Shown here: one piece after another, positions 58,697 through 64,000 of the stretch
Layout of the letters: each line of letters begins with the position of its first letter
Numbering within the stretch: position 1 is the stretch's first letter
Source of the DNA: Promethearchaeota archaeon
GTDB taxonomy: Archaea; Asgardarchaeota; Lokiarchaeia; Sigyniarchaeales; SOKP01
Direction: 5' to 3'
NCBI GenBank assembly: GCA_016839555.1
Contig: JAEOUA010000010.1
Location: 352,001-416,000, forward strand
Length of the DNA: 64,000 nt
Notes under the pieces: model-generated
Told to the model about the DNA's origin: nothing
The model's input: the letters and a program-made list of their open reading frames with translations, nothing else
Database searches by the model: none
Made by a program: the position numbers and the translations under genes

Positions 58697-60916
58697 TTAG
58701 GGAAATCCAAGAAGACCTACGCCACCACCAACAGCAACAATGAAAATTAAAAATATCGACGCTGTTAATGACATCACTACTAGAAGTGTATTTATACTTG
58801 GTCCTGCTGTATCTTTAAATGGATCACCAACTGTGTCTCCTGTTATAGAAGCTTTATGAATATCAGTTCCTTTTCCACCGAGATTTCCGTTTTCGATCCA
58901 CTTTTTGGCGTTATCCCAAGCGCCACCCGCGTTTGCCATAAAAATCGCAAAGACAAAGCCAGAAAGTATTGCTCCTGCTAAGAAAGCTCCTAAAGCAGTA
59001 ATTCCAAATAAAATACCTACAGCTATTGGAATTAAAATCGATATGATACTGGGTAGAATAAGTTCTCTAAGAGAACCTCTTGTTGCGATATCTATACATT
59101 TATTAAAGTCTGCGGCTACTTCTCCTGTTAAAATTTTAGGGCTTTCTTCAAATTGACGCCTTATTTCATCAACCATTTTTGCTGCATTTCGCTGTACTGA
59201 CATAATAAGTAAAGCGGAAAACAATGCCGGTACTACAACTCCTATAAATGCTCCAATTAATACACTCGGATTTAATAAATCCATTATACCTTTTTGTATG
59301 AATTCTATTAAAGTAGTAGATGGATTAAGTAATGAAAAAATGTTCGGAAACTCTAATCCAAAGATCTCAATCTTAGCAGGGATAGGAATTAGACCTAGAT
59401 TATTAATGACGGATCTAGCTTCTTCTCTAAACGAAAATAGTAAAGCTAATACGGTTAAATTAGCTGCACCAATAGCAAATCCTTTTGTTATAGCTTTAGC
59501 AGTATTACCTGCTGAATCCAAACTATCGGCTATGCGGATAACATCTTCTCCTAATTCACCTTGTTCAGCAATTCCTCTTGCATTATCACAAATTGGACCA
59601 TATGCATCATTAGATACAATTGTTCCCACAATCGAGAGCATTCCTACCGCGGCCATACCAACTCCATAAACTCCAGAGCCGATAAGTACACTTCCTATAA
59701 AGAAGGAAAAGCCCATAGCAACAATTATTCCTAATGCTGGGGGAACAACACTGAGCAGTCCATAAGAAAAACCGCTTAAAACTACAACAGCATCGCCTTC
59801 TTGAGCAGCATGAGCCATATCTCTAGTTGGTTTTTTATCTTCCCTAGTAAAATAGTCGCTTGTCCAACCAATTACGATTCCACTAAGAAGCCCTATCGCA
59901 GCGCATAGCCAAGAACCCCATAAGGCATTGACATCATTCGCAGTTGATACAAAAGGACGTGCTATTAAAATAAAAACTAAAGCTAAACCTATAAAAACAA
60001 GAGTAGCCAGATATGTTCCTCCATTTAATAATTTTCCTGGATCATCGGTTTTCCATATCTTTATGATATAGATTCCAATTATAGAAGCAAATAAACCCGC
60101 TGTAGATAGAAGAATTGGGAGTATTATGAAGACCGCATTATTAGTAAATACCTGAGTCAATGCAGCTGCTAAAAGCATACCAGCAACTATAGAGGCGACA
60201 TAACTGTCAAATAAATCACTTCCCATTCCCGCAATATCGCCTACATTATCACCTACATTATCAGCGATAGAGGCAGGATTTCGTGGATCATCTTCGGGAA
60301 GTTTATATTCAGCTTTTCCTACTAAATCTGCTCCAACATCAGCAGTTTTAGTATATATTCCACCTCCACATTTCATAAAGAGGGCAATACTACTTGCTCC
60401 AAAACTGAATCCTAATACCACACTTACAGGTTTTTCGACTCCTATAGCAGCCATAATCCAATATATTGTGGACACACCGATTAACGCTACCGCAACCACC
60501 GCTAATCCCATAACGCACCCACCAAAAAAGCTTATATCAAAACCCTTTTTTACGCTTATACTGCATCCTTGAGCGGCTCTTGTATTAGCTTTCACACCAA
60601 CTATCATACCCATATAGCCTGCCCACATGGAACCTACAGATCCAATAAGGTAAGCAATCATCGTAAACCAAGAAAATTCTCCAGGATTTATTAAAAAGAG
60701 AAGTGCAATAGCTAGACCAACAACAAAAATTCCAAGAATTTTATATTGAACCTTAAGATATGTTTTTGCACCCTTCTCTATATATCCTGAAACTTCTTGC
60801 ATCCGTTCATTTCCAGGATCTTCTTTCATCACTAATTTACTGAAATACCACGCTAGTGCCAACGAAATAACTCCAGCTATTTCGGGGAAAATTAAAACCC
60901 ACGGTACATTCATCAT
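58697..60916 (-). CDS. hppA: membrane-bound ion-translocating pyrophosphatase, probably K+-independent H+-PPase
   Basis: GGGIYTKTADVGADLVGK, EDDPRN, DNVGDNVGD, DAYGP, GNTAKA (Lys at the K/A determinant), GGAWDNAKK, GDTVGDPFKD. Confidence 0.95.
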   Translation of the reverse strand: MMNVPWVLIFPEIAGVISLALAWYFSKLVMKEDPGNERMQEVSGYIEKGAKTYLKVQYKILGIFVVGLAIALLFLINPGEFSWFTMIAYLIGSVGSMWAGYMGMIVGVKANTRAAQGCSISVKKGFDISFFGGCVMGLAVVAVALIGVSTIYWIMAAIGVEKPVSVVLGFSFGASSIALFMKCGGGIYTKTADVGADLVGKAEYKLPEDDPRNPASIADNVGDNVGDIAGMGSDLFDSYVASIVAGMLLAAALTQVFTNNAVFIILPILLSTAGLFASIIGIYIIKIWKTDDPGKLLNGGTYLATLVFIGLALVFILIARPFVSTANDVNALWGSWLCAAIGLLSGIVIGWTSDYFTREDKKPTRDMAHAAQEGDAVVVLSGFSYGLLSVVPPALGIIVAMGFSFFIGSVLIGSGVYGVGMAAVGMLSIVGTIVSNDAYGPICDNARGIAEQGELGEDVIRIADSLDSAGNTAKAITKGFAIGAANLTVLALLFSFREEARSVINNLGLIPIPAKIEIFGLEFPNIFSLLNPSTTLIEFIQKGIMDLLNPSVLIGAFIGVVVPALFSALLIMSVQRNAAKMVDEIRRQFEESPKILTGEVAADFNKCIDIATRGSLRELILPSIISILIPIAVGILFGITALGAFLAGAILSGFVFAIFMANAGGAWDNAKKWIENGNLGGKGTDIHKASITGDTVGDPFKDTAGPSINTLLVVMSLTASIFLIFIVAVGGGVGLLGFP

Positions 60917-61152
60917 TTTTACATCAAATTATAATTTTTTTTCAAATATTTTTATTAAATTAGAAAGATATTTTTAATTATTGTAAATTTCCTTTAAATT
61001 TTTTGATCTTTCTAAATTTTTTATTTTCATACTCATAATTAGAGATTTCTTCTTTTCTATAATATTCCGACTCTAAGTTTATGAAGAAAAAGAATTAATA
61101 TAAATTCTTAAAATAGTGAAATATTTTTTAGAAGAAACTCATAAGATTTCCT

Positions 61153-61170
61153 TGAGGAAAAAAATATAAG
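61153..61170 (+). promoter_or_regulatory. BRE/TATA-like promoter of the RNase P RNA gene
   Basis: Purine run followed by AATATAAG about 22-30 nt upstream of the predicted 5' end. A second TATATAAATA at 61181 is probably too close. Confidence 0.4.
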
Positions 61171-61191
61171 CTTCGAATCATATATAAATAT

Positions 61192-61524
61192 GGGACAGAT
61201 GAGGTTTGAGGCTGACGGTAAGCAATCACTTGCTGAGGAACCTCGCCTCATTCTCCAAGCAAGGCATAGGAAAACCTATGACGGTGAAAACCGTATTTTA
61301 GCAATAGAAACGGAACTGCCTTTATGGATATATTGATGATTTGGAATTAAGCCAAAGAAATTTCATAAGGGAATGGTTGAAACGAGCTAAAACCTTGGTG
61401 CAAGGCCAAATAAAAGCGATGAGCACTTGGAGGGAGCTTTAGGTAGGCCGCTTAGTTTAATGCCTCAACTAACTCTTGGCGACGAGAGTAGTACAGAAGG
61501 GCGGGTATAAGCCTCAGATGTCCT
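61192..61524 (+). ncRNA. rnpB: archaeal RNase P RNA (type A)
   Basis: P1 GGGACA..TGAGGTTT / AAGCCTCA..TGTCCT; CR-I GAGGAACCTCGCC; P8 CATAGG-AAAA-CCTATG; P9 ACGGT-GAAA-ACCGT; CR-II ATAGAAAC; CR-III TGAAAC; P6 CTCCAA/TTGGAG; P15 GGCC/GGCC with GGT loop motif; P19; CR-V ACAGAAGGGCGGGTAT. Confidence 0.93.
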
Positions 61525-61670
61525 TAAAACTTTATTTTATTGTTTATTATTGAAACGTTCTAAATTTCCTATATTCTATAAATCTCTTTAATTCTTTTAT
61601 TGTAAATTTTTTAAGAATAGAATAAAAAAAGATAATGTTTTAAAGATTTATCTTTTCTTTTTAAGGAGGA

Positions 61671-61877
61671 TTATTTATTAAGAACAAGATGAGCGAAATA
61701 TTCAAAGTCTCTATTATAAGTTTTTTCTGCTTGTTTCGATATCTTTGCGAAGACACATCCAGGTAATTCGTTCATCGAAAGATGATATTTTATACACTCA
61801 CAGCATTTACCTCGCCGAGAACTATTATAAGTGCAAGGACATGTTTCTCTTAATTGATCTTGGTTGCATTCCGTCAT
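61671..61877 (-). CDS. small Cys-rich protein (DUF6485-like)
   Basis: CPCTY...RRGKCCECIKYH...ELPGCVF...TYNRDFEYF. Confidence 0.75.
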   Translation of the reverse strand: MTECNQDQLRETCPCTYNSSRRGKCCECIKYHLSMNELPGCVFAKISKQAEKTYNRDFEYFAHLVLNK

Positions 61878-62224
61878 AAAACCTAATGATTTTGTTTTTA
61901 TTATTTATTGTTTTGAAATTAAGAAAAGAATAAAAATTTAATATATTTAGAAGAATTTAGAAATCAATTTTGATACTTTTTAATTCTCCGTATTAAATTT
62001 AACTTAACTGAATGAATTAAATAAATTCTATATTTGTAATAAGAATCCTATTTTTCTTTTATTAGCTTTAATTTAAATTTAGTTAAAGAGAAAATTTTTC
62101 AATGTTTAATACAACAATTTTATATATGTAAATTCTCTATCAATTATTATTAATTTTATGAGAAATTAAGAAAGATATACATAATTATAATCCATATGAT
62201 AAAGAATGATTATATCTAATCTCA

Positions 62225-62764
62225 GTGAATAACTTGGAAAAGAGAAAATATTTTTTTAAGGTATTAGTAGCAGGACCACCAGGGGCAGGAAAAACATCTT
62301 TATTAAGGCGTTATATTAAGGGTAAATTTGACGAAAGTACACTCATGACTATTGGAGTGGATTTTTATTATAAAGTTTTAGAATTTAATGAAGATTTAAC
62401 TTGCTCTCTCCAACTCTGGGATTTTGGGGGACAAAAGCAGTTCGAAAAACTTCATGAGACCTATGTAAAGGGAGCTAGTGGCGCGCTTCTTTTGATCGAT
62501 TTAACTCGGATTCCAGATATGGATATAGTTATTAAATGGATGAATATTGTTCGATTAGAAAAAGAAAACCTTCCTGTAGTAATTCTTGGAAGTAAAGCCG
62601 ATCTAAAAGAGTTAATTATAGTGGACGAAGGTTTTATGAAAAAGATAATGGATATATTCAATATTAATCATTATCTTAAAACATCTGCAAAAACAGGCGT
62701 AAATGTTGATAAGGCATTTCGATTTATTGTGGAGGAAATACTAAAAAAGAAAAGGATTATCTGA
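62225..62764 (+). CDS. Rab-like small GTPase (variant G4)
   Basis: GPPGAGKTS, TIGVDF, WDFGGQ, YVKGA, SKAD, TSAKTG; basic C-terminus KKKRII. Confidence 0.93.
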   Translation: MNNLEKRKYFFKVLVAGPPGAGKTSLLRRYIKGKFDESTLMTIGVDFYYKVLEFNEDLTCSLQLWDFGGQKQFEKLHETYVKGASGALLLIDLTRIPDMDIVIKWMNIVRLEKENLPVVILGSKADLKELIIVDEGFMKKIMDIFNINHYLKTSAKTGVNVDKAFRFIVEEILKKKRII

Positions 62765-62876
62765 AAATAAAAGAATTATTCTACTTTTTAGAATTATTTG
62801 TAATTATATGAACTAATGAAGTTTATGCTTATTATGTTAAATAATCCACCTATATAATAAATAAAAAAATTATGAA

Positions 62877-63680
62877 ATGAAAGATGAATTAATATTTCTT
62901 GGGACTGGAGGAGGAAGACATCATATTAGAACTCAATATCGAGCTACGGGAGGGTTTTTATATAAATTTAATGAAATTCAAGCCCATATTGATCCTGGTC
63001 CGGGAGCGATAGTAAGAATTAATCAGTTCGATGAAGATCCTGCTAAAACGGACTTATTCATTGTTACACATTTTCATTTAGACCATTATTCTGATCTAAG
63101 TGCTATTATTGAAAGCTCCCGCAAAATCTTACACGATAGGAATTATAATTACTTTAAAAAAGGCACCCTCATCACTACGAATCAGGTATTGAAATATATC
63201 TCGGAATATCATTTAAATATGGTGGAAAAGATAGTAATATTCCATGCTGGTGAGGTGATGATGTATAAGGGAGTAAATATAATAGGAACAAAAATAAAAC
63301 ATTCAGATATAGAAGGATTCGGACTTAAATTTAATCTTAGTGATTATACTTTAGGGTATACTAGTGATTCCACCGTGTTTGAAGGATTTGCAGAACAATT
63401 TAACAATACTGATGTTCTCATTTTAAATCTATTACGGCCTGATTCTATCGTGTGTAAAAAACATTTATGTACAGATCAAGTTATTCCTTATTTAAATAAA
63501 ATTAATCCTAAACCTGCCACAATTATTCTAACTCATTTTGGGGCTTATATGGACAGTCCTTTATCAAAAAAAAATTTTGTACCAAGTCAAGTTGAGAAAA
63601 TAAAAAAGCTTACTAATATTAAAAAAGTAATCGGGGCGTATGATGGGTTAAAACTTAAAATTGAGAAGTTATTGAAATAA
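62877..63680 (+). CDS. MBL-fold metallo-hydrolase (archaeal)
   Basis: FLGTGGGR, IDPGPG, THFHLDH, KH, YTSDS, KHL, THFG. Confidence 0.9.
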   Translation: MKDELIFLGTGGGRHHIRTQYRATGGFLYKFNEIQAHIDPGPGAIVRINQFDEDPAKTDLFIVTHFHLDHYSDLSAIIESSRKILHDRNYNYFKKGTLITTNQVLKYISEYHLNMVEKIVIFHAGEVMMYKGVNIIGTKIKHSDIEGFGLKFNLSDYTLGYTSDSTVFEGFAEQFNNTDVLILNLLRPDSIVCKKHLCTDQVIPYLNKINPKPATIILTHFGAYMDSPLSKKNFVPSQVEKIKKLTNIKKVIGAYDGLKLKIEKLLK

Positions 63681-63683
63681 TTA

Positions 63684-64000
63684 TTAAGTAAGAAATTCTA
63701 ATTTATGACCATCCAATCCATAGGAATAATCTTTAATGGTCTTTAATACCGTGGGGGATTTTTCATGTTTCAGAGCCCATTTAATAATTTTCTCACACTT
63801 ATTTTGATAATCTAATAGAAGATATTTAGCTGAGAGCGCTCTAACGCGTGGACTTTCATCAGACAATAAGCAATTTTCAAGAATATTGAATATTAAGTCT
63901 TTTTTAATATTTAATTTCCTCAACAACTCTATAGAAATTATTCTAATTTTCTCATAACTACTCCCTTCAATTAAGTACTTTAACATTTTCAACGTATTTT
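63684..64000 (-). CDS. HEAT-repeat-like protein, probably truncated at the window edge
   Basis: KIRIISIELL / LENCLLSDESPRVRALSAKYL / ALKHEKSP helical repeats. The frame stays open to the window end. Confidence 0.65.
   Translation of the reverse strand, partial: NTLKMLKYLIEGSSYEKIRIISIELLRKLNIKKDLIFNILENCLLSDESPRVRALSAKYLLLDYQNKCEKIIKWALKHEKSPTVLKTIKDYSYGLDGHKLEFLT

Noticed and set aside
61192-61524. GC-enriched structured island as a novel ncRNA
   Set aside because: Fully explained by RNase P RNA conserved regions and helices.
615-62661. Numerous short antisense or overlapping ORFs in the track (e.g. 41200-41808, 44394-44918, 32945-33340, 28000-28374)
   Set aside because: They lie opposite or within well-supported genes and show the S/F/I/L-rich composition of shadow frames.
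29667-62764. Selenocysteine read-through at TGA-terminated ORFs (29667, 32760, 37229, 50009, 62764)
   Set aside because: In each case another in-frame stop follows within a few codons and the proteins look complete. I did not recognise a SECIS.
62815-62842. TTATGTTAAAT (62832-62842) equals the XerD arm of bacterial dif, about 8 kb from xerA
   Set aside because: The partner arm (AATGAAGTTTA) lacks the ATAA inner motif, and an 11-mer this AT-rich is expected by chance here.

Overview
This very AT-rich window is most likely chromosomal DNA of an Asgard archaeon (Lokiarchaeia/Promethearchaeota-like). The evidence is three Rab-like small GTPases, longin-type domains, Loki-CTERM-like IP(G/S)Y anchors, an archaeal Orc1/Cdc6, XerA and an archaeal type A RNase P RNA (about 61192-61524). 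Housekeeping and metabolic genes include beta-oxidation (Hbd, Ech, Acd, EtfAB), GAPDH, PurA, a TrxR-like flavoprotein and a membrane pyrophosphatase. I saw no CRISPR array, tRNA, rRNA or transposon. Four loci stand out. (1) At 3.6-11.7 kb, three surface glycoprotein genes carry four membrane-anchored modules sharing a strongly conserved ~40-aa cytoplasmic tail (P-x-[PA]-IRKL[RK]KYRKSLK...R[EK]xxF), and one gene is a two-module polyprotein-like fusion. (2) Divergent from these, an operon encodes a longin + tandem winged-helix (NPRL2/3-like architecture) protein and two Zn-finger/TrmB/coiled-coil paralogs. (3) A tandem pair of 7TM-longin proteins lies near a Rab-like GTPase. (4) A Rab-like GTPase fused to a histone fold converges on orc1/cdc6 and xerA. 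All domain calls come from reading motifs by eye; no database searches were run.
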